Source: Phycisphaerae bacterium
Lineage (GTDB): Bacteria; Planctomycetota; Phycisphaerae; UBA1845
DNA length: 64,000 nt
Reading direction: 5' to 3'
Assembly: GCA_963666835.2 (NCBI GenBank)
Contig: CAXXGO010000003.1
Location: 672,001 to 736,000, forward strand
Under the pieces are notes generated by a model that had not been told where the DNA came from, did no database searches, and saw nothing but the letters and a program-made list of their open reading frames with translations. Position 1 is the first letter of the stretch, and every line of letters starts with the position of its first letter. Of the stretch, positions 9,801 to 20,130 are shown piece after piece. The translations under genes were made by a program, and so were the position numbers.

Positions 9801-11198
9801 CTACAATACGAAGTCCTGACCGGGCGTGGTAAGCTCGACCCCGGTGAAGCCCGTCTCCGCAAGTTTCTCAGCCAGCCCCTCGCGCTGCGAAGTCTCTCCG
9901 TGGACCAGGAATATCTTGGGCGCGTCCTTCTTAAGCGGTTCGAGCAGCCGGAGAAGGTCCTTCTGGTCGGCGTGGGCGCTGAAGCCGTGGATCTGCACCA
10001 CCTCGGCGCGCACCTCATACGTCCTATGGAACAGGGTGATTTCCTTGACCCCGTCCGCCAGCCTTCGTCCGAGAGTATGAGCCGCCTGATATCCGGCGAT
10101 TAGAATCGTGTTCTTCGGATCCTCTACGTTGTTCTTGATGTGGTGACGAATCCGGCCGGCCTCGCACATCCCGCTAGCCGAGAGAATCGCGCACGGCTCC
10201 TTCTTGCGGTGGAGAGCCTTGCTGTCCTCCACATCGCGGACAAATGTGCAGCAACTCGGCCCCAGAAGATCGCCGGTCATCCTCTGCAACTGCCGAGCGT
10301 CAGCATCGTAGCACTCCGGGTGCATCAGAAAGACCTCCGTAGCGTTCACTGCCAAGGGGCTGTCAACATAAACCGGATGACGCGGGATCCGCCCCGCCTC
10401 TATTTCCTCCTGGAGGTAATAGGCAATCGTCTGGGTCCGCCCGACGGAGAACGCCGGGATGATCACCTTCCCGCCCCGATCGTAAGTCCGTTGCACCACG
10501 CGGATCAGCTCTTCTCGGGCCTCCTCCGCCGACTCGTTGAGCCGGCTGCCGTAGGTGCTCTCGCAGATAATCGTCTTACACGGCGGAAACGGCTGCGGAT
10601 CACGAATGATCGGTTTGTCCGGACGCCCTACGTCCCCGGTAAAGAAGACGGACGGGGTCTGTCCGTTTCGTTTCGCGAAATCCAACCGCACACCTGCCGA
10701 CCCGAGCATGTGCCCGGCATCCTGCAGGCACCCCAGCATACCCGGCACAACCTGGAACATCCGACCGTACGAGACCCCCTGCATTTGCGAAACTGCCGCA
10801 ACGGCATCGGTGTGATCGTAGAGCGGCTCCACTGCCTCAAGCCCCTGGCGGCGGCGCTTCTTGTTGACGTAGTACACGTCTTCCTGCTGAATGAAAGCGG
10901 AATCCGGCAACATGATCGCGCACAAATCACGCGTGGCCGGGGTGCAGTAAATCGGACCGGTAAAACCGTCACGTACCAGCCTCGGCAACCGCCCCGAATG
11001 ATCAATGTGTGCGTGCGAGAGGATCACGGCGGATATCTCCGACGGATCCACCGGCCACTCCCGGTTCTTTGCTTCGGTCTCACTGCGGCGACCGTGATAA
11101 AGACCGCAGTCCAGTGCAACCCATCGACCGTCCGCCCGAACCATGTGCATCGATCCGGTTACCTCTTCCGCCGCTCCGTGAAACAGCAATTCCGCCAT
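9801..11198 (-). CDS. MBL-fold beta-CASP ribonuclease (TTHA0252/YSH1-like)
   Basis: GAAEEVTGS, DCG, SHAHIDHSG, AGHMLGS, ESTYG, PAFSVGRTQ, ASGMCEAGRI, FSAHAD. Confidence 0.92.
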   Translation of the reverse strand: MAELLFHGAAEEVTGSMHMVRADGRWVALDCGLYHGRRSETEAKNREWPVDPSEISAVILSHAHIDHSGRLPRLVRDGFTGPIYCTPATRDLCAIMLPDSAFIQQEDVYYVNKKRRRQGLEAVEPLYDHTDAVAAVSQMQGVSYGRMFQVVPGMLGCLQDAGHMLGSAGVRLDFAKRNGQTPSVFFTGDVGRPDKPIIRDPQPFPPCKTIICESTYGSRLNESAEEAREELIRVVQRTYDRGGKVIIPAFSVGRTQTIAYYLQEEIEAGRIPRHPVYVDSPLAVNATEVFLMHPECYDADARQLQRMTGDLLGPSCCTFVRDVEDSKALHRKKEPCAILSASGMCEAGRIRHHIKNNVEDPKNTILIAGYQAAHTLGRRLADGVKEITLFHRTYEVRAEVVQIHGFSAHADQKDLLRLLEPLKKDAPKIFLVHGETSQREGLAEKLAETGFTGVELTTPGQDFVL

Positions 11199-11570
11199 AA
11201 TGCCGCTCTCCTTCTGACTCGGCAGCCTCTCTCAACCACCGGCCACTATACCAACACGCGGCCGGCACGCGAACCGCGGCAACATCCGCGGGCCCACCAA
11301 ACGCCGGACAGGTCGGACCGCTCGGGCGATTCACCGCAACCACCGCCGCATCCGATCGTGGTTTGACATCACTCCTGAACCGACCCATGTCCAGCTACGG
11401 TGCCATTGCTGGACCTGCGAAAGAACCTATGCTACGTTGAGCCAAGGTTCTGGGGGGTGCCACTGCTCTTGACCAGTGCCGGGATGAAGCACGATGCAGA
11501 TTGAACCGGAACCTCCACGGGCGACAAAGCCCTGGTCGGCTTCACGGTCTTCTCGGGCTGAACGGAGAGT

Positions 11571-12548
11571 ATGATGGAGTCTCCCAGAGAACGCTCATCT
11601 GCAACAGACGAGCCCACGCGAATCGCGATTAGTGGATCATCGGGGCTTGTCGGGAGAGCGGCTTCTGCCGTTCTTGGCGAGCGTGAATATCAGATTGACC
11701 GGATCGTGCGCACGACCACCGACCCACGCAGCGGGCGGATCTTCTGGGATCCGGCTCGCGAAGTCGTTGACCGCGAAGCCCTCGAAGGAGTCGACGCGGT
11801 CGTACACCTGGCCGGCGAGAACATCGCCAAAGGACGGTGGACCCCCGCCCGCAAGGAGGCAATCCGCAGCAGTCGCGTCCGCGGAACGGGTCTTCTCTGC
11901 AGGACGCTCGGCGAGCTCCGTACGCCGCCGCGGGTAATCGTAGTGGCATCGGCAGTCGGCTACTACGGCGACCGCGGTAACGAGCTGGTGACGGAAGACA
12001 GCCCGCCGGGCAGTGGGTTCCTGGCCCAGGTCTGCCGGGAATGGGAAGACGCCGCGCAGCCTGCGCGCGACGCCGGAATCAGAGTTGTCCATCTGCGGAT
12101 CGGCGTAGTGCTGTCATCCAACGGGGGTGTGTTGGCGAGAATGCTGCCAGTGTTCAAACTGGGATTGGGCGGGCGATTGGGGAACGGTCGCCAATACATG
12201 AGCTGGATAGCTCTACCCGACTTGGTCGAAGTCATCCATCACGTTCTGGCTTCGGACAACCTCAACGGTCCGATCAACGCCGTTTCGCCGAACCCCGTAA
12301 CGAATAAGGAGTTCACGGCGACGCTCGGACGTATCCTGCGGCGCCCCACGGTGCTTGCGGTCCCGGCTTCGATTCTACGGATGGGCTTGGGACAGATGGG
12401 CGACGACTTACTGCTTGCCGGCACCCGCGCGGACCCGACACGGCTTGGCGAAGCGGGCTTCCGTTTCGAGTATCCACTGCTCGCCGACGCTCTTCGCCAC
12501 GAATTGGGTCTCGGAGTCTCCGCCTGCACGGGCAGTGCCAGAGCGTAG
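11571..12548 (+). CDS. TIGR01777-family NAD-dependent epimerase/oxidoreductase (YfcH-like)
   Basis: ISGSSGLVG, VHLAGENIA, ASAVGYYG, CREWE, LRIGVVL, GxGRQYMSWI, NAVSPNPV. Confidence 0.92.
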   Translation: MMESPRERSSATDEPTRIAISGSSGLVGRAASAVLGEREYQIDRIVRTTTDPRSGRIFWDPAREVVDREALEGVDAVVHLAGENIAKGRWTPARKEAIRSSRVRGTGLLCRTLGELRTPPRVIVVASAVGYYGDRGNELVTEDSPPGSGFLAQVCREWEDAAQPARDAGIRVVHLRIGVVLSSNGGVLARMLPVFKLGLGGRLGNGRQYMSWIALPDLVEVIHHVLASDNLNGPINAVSPNPVTNKEFTATLGRILRRPTVLAVPASILRMGLGQMGDDLLLAGTRADPTRLGEAGFRFEYPLLADALRHELGLGVSACTGSARA

Positions 12549-12771
12549 GCACATCAGTCGCAACGATCCCACCTTCAGTTGCGGTCCGTACGCGCAGGCC
12601 GATGGTCCGAGAACCGCGCCGGTGCCCTGCCCGTTAAACGTCTGCACCGCTGAGATACGCACGGTCCCAGAACCTCGATTGCCCTCGGCGTCAGCACGAT
12701 TCACTATTATGGGATCCTGGTCCAGGCTCCGGCGTGTCTCCGACATATTTCGAGTTGCGGCCAATCCCGTT

Positions 12772-12798
12772 TCAGTCTGCGGCAACGCCCACCGATAC
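12772..12798 (+). promoter_or_regulatory. Candidate sigma28 (FliA) promoter for cheX-cheY
   Basis: TCAG-N15-ACCGATAC versus consensus TAAA-N15-GCCGATAA, ~90 bp upstream of cheX. Confidence 0.4.
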
Positions 12799-12889
12799 AA
12801 ACCTGGAGACAACTCCAGACCGCTAATCGTGCACCGGCAGGTAGGGGCCGGCTCGCGACCGAAAGGCACTGTCAAGGGGAGGTTGGTTA

Positions 12890-13399
12890 ATGGACGTCCG
12901 CTACGTCAACCCATTTATTAAGTCGATCTGCAACACTCTCGAGATGATGTGCAGCCAAAAGACTACGGTTGGACGACCGGCGCTGAAGACCCCAGAGTGC
13001 ATGTCCGGTAGTGACGTGTCGAGCATCATCGGGTTCTCGGGCGACGCGGCCGGCAGCGTAGTCCTCCACTTTTCTTTCGACACGGCATCGAAGCTTGCGT
13101 CGTCATTCGCAGGTATCGATATCACACCTGACCACGCGGACTTTGCCGATGCTCTCGGCGAACTCGCCAACATGGTAGCAGGGGGAGCAAAGGCTCAGTT
13201 CGAAGGCCTGGACGTCTCGATCTCCCTCCCCAACGTCGTCGTTGGTAAGAACCACAACGTTTCAGCATCCAAGACGAGCCCCCGGATCATAATCCCTTGC
13301 AGTTGCGAATCGGGGAATTTCGAAGTCGAAGTGGGCATGGAAATCAAAAAGCCGACAGGCGTTGCCGCTGCCGGCGCAGCCTCAGGAGCAAACGCGTGA
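12890..13399 (+). CDS. cheX: Chemotaxis phosphatase CheX
   Basis: YVNPFI, DVSSIIGFSG, DALGELANMVAG (E-x2-N motif), ISLPNVVVG. Confidence 0.92.
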   Translation: MDVRYVNPFIKSICNTLEMMCSQKTTVGRPALKTPECMSGSDVSSIIGFSGDAAGSVVLHFSFDTASKLASSFAGIDITPDHADFADALGELANMVAGGAKAQFEGLDVSISLPNVVVGKNHNVSASKTSPRIIIPCSCESGNFEVEVGMEIKKPTGVAAAGAASGANA

Positions 13400-13770
13400 A
13401 AATCCTACTCGTCGACGACTCGCGTACCATCCGCAATATTCAGAAGAACGTCCTCAAGCAGCTCGGCCACACAGACATCCTGGAAGCCGAAGATGGAGTC
13501 AAGGCGCTGGAAATCTGGGGCCAACAAACCCCTGACCTCGCCCTAGTCGATTGGAACATGCCGAACATGGACGGCATCACCTTCGTCCGCAAGATCCGCG
13601 AACAGAACACAACCGTTCCACTGATTATGTGCACCACCGAGGCAGAAAAGACCCGGGTAATCGAGGCCATCAAAGCCGGAGTGAACAACTACATTGTGAA
13701 GCCGTTCACCGTGGAATCGCTCGGCGAGAAGATCTCAGAGACCATGGCGAAGGCCGGCGCCCCCGCGTAG
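13396..13770 (+). CDS. cheY: Chemotaxis response regulator CheY
   Basis: GTG start overlaps the cheX stop (GTGA); single receiver domain LLVDDS, DWNMPNMDG, MCTTE, YIVKPF. Confidence 0.9.
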   Translation: MKILLVDDSRTIRNIQKNVLKQLGHTDILEAEDGVKALEIWGQQTPDLALVDWNMPNMDGITFVRKIREQNTTVPLIMCTTEAEKTRVIEAIKAGVNNYIVKPFTVESLGEKISETMAKAGAPA

Positions 13771-13794
13771 CGGATAGTCGAACCGAACCGCCCG

Positions 13795-14151
13795 TCAGCC
13801 CCCTTTCGAAACAAGCGAGGCCGATGCGTCCACGGCAAGCCCGGTGGCCGCGTCGACCACCGTCGGGGTCTCATGCAGCCGCTCCTTCATCACCCGTCCG
13901 ACTTTAAACTTGACTGTGCGCTTTGAGGGCACTTGGACTTTCTTCATGGTCTTGGGGTTCTGCGCTTGTCGCGCTGCCCGTACCTTGCTCTCGAACACAC
14001 CGAAGTCCCGAAATTCCAGGCGATTGCCTTCGCCCAGCTCCTCGACGATAGAGTCAAGGAACGCTTGGATGATCCGTTTAACGAGGACCCGCTTACAGCC
14101 TTCGCGCTCCGAGATCCGATCGATAAGTTCCTTCTTGGTGACTGTCGCCAT
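13795..14151 (-). CDS. Integration host factor / HU-family DNA-binding protein
   Basis: TKKELI, RLEFRDFGVF, ARQAQNPKT, VKFKVG. Confidence 0.93.
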   Translation of the reverse strand: MATVTKKELIDRISEREGCKRVLVKRIIQAFLDSIVEELGEGNRLEFRDFGVFESKVRAARQAQNPKTMKKVQVPSKRTVKFKVGRVMKERLHETPTVVDAATGLAVDASASLVSKGG

Positions 14152-14406
14152 GTCGCTATCCCAATGCGCCCACTACGAGAGGATGACGGCGATACTCTGC
14201 GTCAATCCCCGCCGCTAGTAAAGGAGAACCTCCACCGAATCGCTCATAGAAACAAGCGGACTACTGACAATGTCCGATTACCCAAGTGTTCGCAAGTCAT
14301 ACTACTGAAACAGGTTCCCGCGATCAAGGCCCCGGGGCGCAGGTTCTGACGGGCCTGTCCAACACAATGTGACGAGACGAAACCGCGGCGTCTTGCGCGC
14401 AGAAAG

Positions 14407-14718
14407 TCAGCGCGTGATGCGGCCGGTACGTACCCCGTCGAACCTGCGATAATAGAAGTCTCGCTGCCTGGGAAACCAACCCTGGCGATCGATGATTGTC
14501 TCGCGAAACTCGATTACCTCGCCCAGCGATGTCGCGGCCGTCGTCGAGGGCCAATCGGAACGCTGGACGTCGAATGTGGGTGCGTGTGTCCAATTCGCGC
14601 TGAACAGAAGGTCGGTGGCGGGCGGGCGGTTCTGCGTCATTCGGCGATCTGGCGCGGAGCATCCGCCCAAGACTACGCAGACCAGTAGACAACAAGTGAT
14701 TAACGTCGCACGTCCCAT
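14407..14718 (-). CDS. Small hypothetical lipoprotein
   Basis: GGAG-type RBS, hydrophobic leader ending in lipobox LGGC. Confidence 0.6.
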   Translation of the reverse strand: MGRATLITCCLLVCVVLGGCSAPDRRMTQNRPPATDLLFSANWTHAPTFDVQRSDWPSTTAATSLGEVIEFRETIIDRQGWFPRQRDFYYRRFDGVRTGRITR

Positions 14719-15052
14719 ATTGACCCCTCTCCGGGGGCGAATGCGCCAAAGCCCCTTATAGCCGGCAGACCACTATCCGTGCCGTCCTCGCGCGCTGCGG
14801 CGTATGTCCGAAATTACCCGTTACGTGGAGCGAATCACCCAAAAACGTGTCCGGCTGAAACGTCTCCGTCAAGCAGGCGGAATTTGCCGGTTCTAACGGT
14901 TCGTAGCCTCGGAAGGCCCAAACCCGTCGGAGGAACAACATTCAACCCGACGGGCGAGACACTCGAATTGCGATGGACGGCAACCAGGCATAGCATGCGC
15001 CCCGTCAAACGGCGTCTCTATCGGCGGCAGGCTAGAAACGGAGAGCTCTCGG

Positions 15053-16486
15053 GTGCTTAGAATCAAAATCAGTGATGGCGCACAAGATAAATTGGAAGTT
15101 CTGTTAACCTTCGCGTACGCGCCGCGCGAGCCGATCGCGGGTAGCGTCAGCGCCAATGTTGGCGAGATCACCATTACCAACCGAGGAAAGACCGGCAGGA
15201 AGACTGCTCGCTTGACTGCAGAGGTCTCCCTGGGAGCCCAGCAGGAATGCACCGCGGAGACCATCCGCAGGGCCGCCGGAGCCGTCGCCGATTGGATCGG
15301 GAAACACCACATTCGGCGGGCCGGCGTCACACTTCCCGAATCTGAGGGTCTGAACGCGGACGATTCCGTAATAGCCGTTTGCGAGGGGCTGGCTCTGGGT
15401 TCGTTCACGTTCGATCGCCATCAGTCTCCCCAACGGCCTTCTCCCGCGCCTGTCGTTCATCTGCTCAAACCCACCGACCCGGCGCAAACGCGACGCCTCG
15501 TGCGTGAGAGCAACGCCCTGTCTGAAGCGGTGAACCTCGCCCGAGAATGGGGGCACGAGCCGCCCAACGTGCTGAATCCGGTCTCACTGGCGACCCGGGT
15601 ACGCAAGATGGCCCGCGCGGCGTCCTTACGCTGCACCGTCTACGATCAGAAGAAACTGGCGGCGATGAAAGCCGGGGCCATCCTGGCGGTGGGATCGGGA
15701 AGCAAGACGCCTTCGCGGCTGATTGTCCTCGAATACCCAGGCGCAGGCCGCGCGAAACCACCGCGCCCGATCGTCTTGGTGGGCAAGGCTATTACCTTCG
15801 ACACCGGGGGCTACTCGCTGAAGGACAAGAACAACATCGTAGGAATGAAATACGACAAGTGCGGCGGGATGGCCGTGATTGGGGTGATGAAGGCCGCTGC
15901 GGCTCTCAAGCTGCGAACTCCGCTCGTTGGAATCGTAGCGGCGGCAGAGAACATGATCTCCGGGCGAGCGTACCGTCCCAACGACATCATCAAGACGATG
16001 AGCGGCAAGACCGTCGAGATCATCAGCACCGACGCGGAAGGTCGCCTGGTTCTCGCCGATGCCTTGACCTTCGCTCAGCAACGGTACAAACCTAAGACGA
16101 TCATCGACCTGGCGACCTTGACCGGTGGCGTCGTAGTGTCATTGGGCTCGGTGCGGGCCGGTTTGTTCGCCAACGACGACAAGCTGGCCGAACAGCTTCT
16201 CTCGGCGGGGGACCGGGTATACGAGCGTCTCTGGCGTCTCCCGCTCGACGAAGAATACGGTGAGTCAATCAAGGGCGATGACAGCGACTTGAAGAACTCT
16301 GCGGGGCGCGCGGGGCACGCCCCCATCGCCGCCAACTTCCTTATGCAGTTCATTCAGAAGAACATCGCCTGGGCCCATCTCGACATTGCCGGCACGGCCG
16401 ATTGCGAGAAGGCGCTGCCGTATTGCCCCAAGGGGGCCACCGGCTTCGGTGTGCGGTTGTTGATCGAGTACCTTCGCAATCTGTAG
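15053..16486 (+). CDS. pepA: Leucyl aminopeptidase (M17)
   Basis: LVGKAITFDTGG, MKYDKCG, AENM, STDAEGRLVLAD, DLATLTG, WAHLDIAG. Confidence 0.95.
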   Translation: MLRIKISDGAQDKLEVLLTFAYAPREPIAGSVSANVGEITITNRGKTGRKTARLTAEVSLGAQQECTAETIRRAAGAVADWIGKHHIRRAGVTLPESEGLNADDSVIAVCEGLALGSFTFDRHQSPQRPSPAPVVHLLKPTDPAQTRRLVRESNALSEAVNLAREWGHEPPNVLNPVSLATRVRKMARAASLRCTVYDQKKLAAMKAGAILAVGSGSKTPSRLIVLEYPGAGRAKPPRPIVLVGKAITFDTGGYSLKDKNNIVGMKYDKCGGMAVIGVMKAAAALKLRTPLVGIVAAAENMISGRAYRPNDIIKTMSGKTVEIISTDAEGRLVLADALTFAQQRYKPKTIIDLATLTGGVVVSLGSVRAGLFANDDKLAEQLLSAGDRVYERLWRLPLDEEYGESIKGDDSDLKNSAGRAGHAPIAANFLMQFIQKNIAWAHLDIAGTADCEKALPYCPKGATGFGVRLLIEYLRNL

Positions 16487-17034
16487 GCTGGACCGGACAC
16501 CGCGCGAACGCCCGGACCCGCAAACTGGGAGACGTCCGGGCGGCGCTTAATCTTTGCCGCGGCAGAAGACCCAGCGGCGTCCTCACCCCCTCAGACAGGC
16601 ACGTCACCAAGACGCCGTGACGGCTCCGGCCGTTGCCGTTCGAACGGTCGGATAACCCCGAAGCTCAAAGCTTGCCGCCGCCGCAGTCCCATAATTCGAG
16701 CCGACGGCAACGTCCGATATTAGTGACAGTGGATGGCACTATCACAACGTCCGGTAAGCCTCGCATAGGCGTATGGCATCTGCCGACATTTCCGGCCATT
16801 GACAGGAGTGCCGTTATGGCGTCGTTCGTTAAGCTTGGATTATCACGCTCAGCGCACAGACCGCGACATCCTTGCCAAAGGGGCGGCACTTGCGGTATGA
16901 TAAGGCGTCGCCCACCCCAGGTGGAGCGCGAATAGTACAACCGGCAAAGGACGTTGCCGTCGCGACCCCGGGCCGCACACTGTGCGTGCCAACGCGATGT
17001 CAGCACCTTTGAATAGAGTGAGGGGATTGGGAAG

Positions 17035-17652
17035 ATGGCACAGAAGATGACTTGTCGAGTTGCGGGGCTGGTAGGCGTGTGGCTTCTGGTAATGACAATT
17101 GCCAACCCGGCGATGGCCGTACTTCAGGTTGATGATTTCGAGGTCGGCGAGGTCGGCGGGTTCGACAATCCGGTATTCGTCCACAACATCGGCCCCGACG
17201 AGTTGTATCAATACGCACCGGTCTTCAACGGTTTCTATGTCGGATCGCCGATATCTCCCAATCATGCCCTCTTTCTCAGTCCGGGCACCGACTACATCAC
17301 GTTCAATCTCAATGCCGGCGAGTTTGTCGACTACGCCTCCGTCTGGGCGCTCAGGGTCGTTCCTTACGACGAAGGCGTGACCATGCTCCACGCCATTGGA
17401 GTGGACAGCACCGGGCGGCCATTGGAATACACCGTCGCCGCCCCCGCCCCAACCGGGTCGGCGGAGTGGGTGTTTTTGGATACTACCGGAGCCGGTTTCG
17501 CGGAGATTACCGAAGTCCGGCTGACCGGGCTCTCTAAGAGCCATTTTGACGACCTCGCCATCAACGTCGTACCCGAGCCGGCTACCCTGGGGATGCTCGC
17601 TCTGGGCGCGGGCGCATTGGCCTGGATGAAACGCCGCCGGCTGCAGCGCTAG
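17035..17652 (+). CDS. PEP-CTERM sorting domain protein
   Basis: Signal peptide; C-terminal VPEPATLGMLALGAGALAWMKRRR. Confidence 0.9.
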   Translation: MAQKMTCRVAGLVGVWLLVMTIANPAMAVLQVDDFEVGEVGGFDNPVFVHNIGPDELYQYAPVFNGFYVGSPISPNHALFLSPGTDYITFNLNAGEFVDYASVWALRVVPYDEGVTMLHAIGVDSTGRPLEYTVAAPAPTGSAEWVFLDTTGAGFAEITEVRLTGLSKSHFDDLAINVVPEPATLGMLALGAGALAWMKRRRLQR

Positions 17653-18034
17653 CTGCTTGGCACACGTGAGGGGCCGGGTTCGGTCCACAGCGTACCGCGT
17701 CCCCGGACTGCTCAAGAGCGGTAGCACACCCGCTGTCGTAGTGGGAGCAGGCGGCGCCGCGCCGGACTATTCCAAACGCAATCGGCCGGCAACACGGCAG
17801 GCTCAACTATCGGACGGGGCCACCCCGGCAGTTTGTATGTTCTTGTCAACACGCCTGAATTGCTCCACATCCAGCGCCCATTCGAGGGCAAAACAGGCTA
17901 TCATATTGTTGCAGGGGACGCGGTTTCTGCCGTCACGGCAGAAACGCGGAGGTTGAACCGGACCCGCTGGGTCCGGGATGGCGGGTCTGCCATCACTGTT
18001 TGCAGGGTGCTCGCGCAGAGCGCTCGGGGGTAAT

Positions 18035-18946
18035 ATGACTGCTCGACATCCGGTGCTTCCGGTCTTGTTTGCGCTGGCTTCGGTCTCAGTGCTTGTTCTG
18101 TGCGCCCAGGGTAATGCGGCGCCCGAGGGAGCGAATCCGGGGCCGTCTGATCTCGTAATCCCAACGGCAGCCTCAGTTACCTTGCCAAACCCGACGCCGG
18201 CGGTGTTTGATGGGAGATACCTCTACTTCGTCTCGAACGAAGGAGTTGACCTCCGAGATGCCTCAGCCTGTCGCTACGATACTACAGGGAGCATTGACGA
18301 CCCCTCGTCGTGGGCGACGTTTCCCCTGACCAACAGTGCGGCGATGAACCTCTCGGCCGCGGTCTTCGATGGTCGGTTCGCGTATTTCAAAGGCGTAAGC
18401 CGCCGGCTTCCACCGGCGGACGTGGTCGCTCGCTTCGATACCACAAGGTCCTTTGCCAGCACCGAAGCTTGGGAGACATTCAGAGCGGGGGAACACTCTG
18501 ACAGCAGCGTATCAACAGCACCTTTTGCCGGCTTCCTCACCGACGATTACGTGTGCTTCCCCCAGGCTAACAAGAACGACTCTCCCGGAAACGAAGTACT
18601 CCGATTCGACACAAAAGGCGCGTTTTCGGACCCCGCTTCCTGGGACCGCCACGTGGTCGCTTCCATCGATGAACATCGCCCGGGCGGAGCGCACGGGCTC
18701 CGGTACATTCAGCTCGATCCGCAGCGGTGGCGACCACTGACCGAAATAGCCCCGCTGGGCGTCTCGACGCGCGAAACCTCGCCCCTCACTCCCGTGCAAT
18801 GGAGTCTGGTCGGTCTGTCCTTGGTCATCCTGACAGCCATGATGTCACGTGCCCGCTACCGCAGAGACGAATGTCAGGGCTTCGACGAGAATAGAATGAC
18901 GTCCTTCCGAAGCTGCACTTCCTCTCGGTGCTCATTCCGGAGATAG
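18035..18946 (+). CDS. Secreted/membrane-anchored repeat protein (AVFDGRY / R(Y/F)DTT..W repeats, propeller-like)
   Basis: Signal peptide from ATG 18035; three repeats RYDTTGS..SSW, RFDTTRS..EAW, RFDTKGA..ASW; C-terminal TM helix plus basic tail. Confidence 0.6.
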   Translation: MTARHPVLPVLFALASVSVLVLCAQGNAAPEGANPGPSDLVIPTAASVTLPNPTPAVFDGRYLYFVSNEGVDLRDASACRYDTTGSIDDPSSWATFPLTNSAAMNLSAAVFDGRFAYFKGVSRRLPPADVVARFDTTRSFASTEAWETFRAGEHSDSSVSTAPFAGFLTDDYVCFPQANKNDSPGNEVLRFDTKGAFSDPASWDRHVVASIDEHRPGGAHGLRYIQLDPQRWRPLTEIAPLGVSTRETSPLTPVQWSLVGLSLVILTAMMSRARYRRDECQGFDENRMTSFRSCTSSRCSFRR

Positions 18947-19014
18947 TACTCGCATCTGCGCGGCCTCGGCGGCAACTCGCAGAATACGGGTCTAACTGGA
19001 GTTGAGTCGACCTG

Positions 19015-19782
19015 ATGGCCGCTATCGTGCTCTTGCTCATCGCACTCGGCGTCGCCTGCGGCGCGTACGGATATTTTCGCGGCGGGATGCGGCTCGGCGT
19101 GAGCTTACTTCCGCCGATCGTCGTTGCGGCCGCCTTCTGGCTCTTCGGAGCAACCTGCTTCGGGATGGCGTCCGTTCGCAACTACGGCTTGGTCTGGCCG
19201 GCCCTCCTCATCCTCGTACCGAGCCTGACGGCGGGCCTGGGCATTCGGTATCTAATTCAGCGACGACTGCCCAAACGCGTACACATGGTCGACCGAGCAG
19301 CGGGAGCCCTGGCCGGGCTGGTTGGCTCACTGCTGCTGGCGTGGTTGGGATGCGTGCAATTCGCGATTCTGGCAGCAGCTCGCGACCCCGGCCGAGAGGA
19401 TGGACCGGCCATACTCTTCGCCCGAGCCGTCAACGGAGCGTTCATTCAGCGAATCCCGATAGTGGGCTCCGGTGGCCGGACTATGATGAACCTACTCGAG
19501 ATCGCTACCGCGGAGGAAAGCGTGCGCCGGGCTGCTGTCGTGGAGCTGGGGCTCGACCGACTGCGCGAGCTGCCGGAAATGCAAGCGATTCTCTCCGATA
19601 CGGCCACCCAGGCTGACATCGAGGCCGCAGCCAAGGGCAACCTCTCGGCCCTGTGGCGCTTGCAACGCAACGCGCAGATTCTGCGGCTTTTCGACAATGA
19701 AGAGATGGCTGCGGCGGTAAGCCGGCGTACGCTTGACGAGCTCGCTGACGGGGTTCGCAGAGCGAAGGGCGCCGGAGACTAA
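19015..19782 (+). CDS. CvpA (colicin V production)-like membrane protein
   Basis: Four TM helices; GYFRGG and VDRAAGALAGLV motifs typical of CvpA. Confidence 0.6.
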   Translation: MAAIVLLLIALGVACGAYGYFRGGMRLGVSLLPPIVVAAAFWLFGATCFGMASVRNYGLVWPALLILVPSLTAGLGIRYLIQRRLPKRVHMVDRAAGALAGLVGSLLLAWLGCVQFAILAAARDPGREDGPAILFARAVNGAFIQRIPIVGSGGRTMMNLLEIATAEESVRRAAVVELGLDRLRELPEMQAILSDTATQADIEAAAKGNLSALWRLQRNAQILRLFDNEEMAAAVSRRTLDELADGVRRAKGAGD

Positions 19783-20130
19783 TCGCGTTCAGCCGAGTCG
19801 CAGCGTTCAGAGCCGACATTCAATCCCACGGGAGGAAGCCCCGCCCTGCCCGGCTCCGCTCTTCTTCTTCAAACGGACCGCTGGGCCTTTAACGGGACGA
19901 CCGGCCCGGCCTGCTGAGTCCGCAGCGGGCGTAACACCAACGTAACGGTATGGCCGATGGGCGATCGGTGGACTTCGAAGGGGACCCAACTATAGTACGT
20001 CTGGCGGTTACGTACCGGTCACGGCATTTTCCGACCGTCGGGGAACCGCCGCCCCGGAAACCCGGTTGCGACTAGTCGTTTGAGCCTTGGCGGCAATTGC
20101 CGACCACCGACCGATGGAGGATCTGCCAAA

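Noticed and set aside
10140..11366. 408-aa plus-strand ORF
   Set aside because: Antisense shadow of the beta-CASP RNase in high-GC DNA; no motifs.
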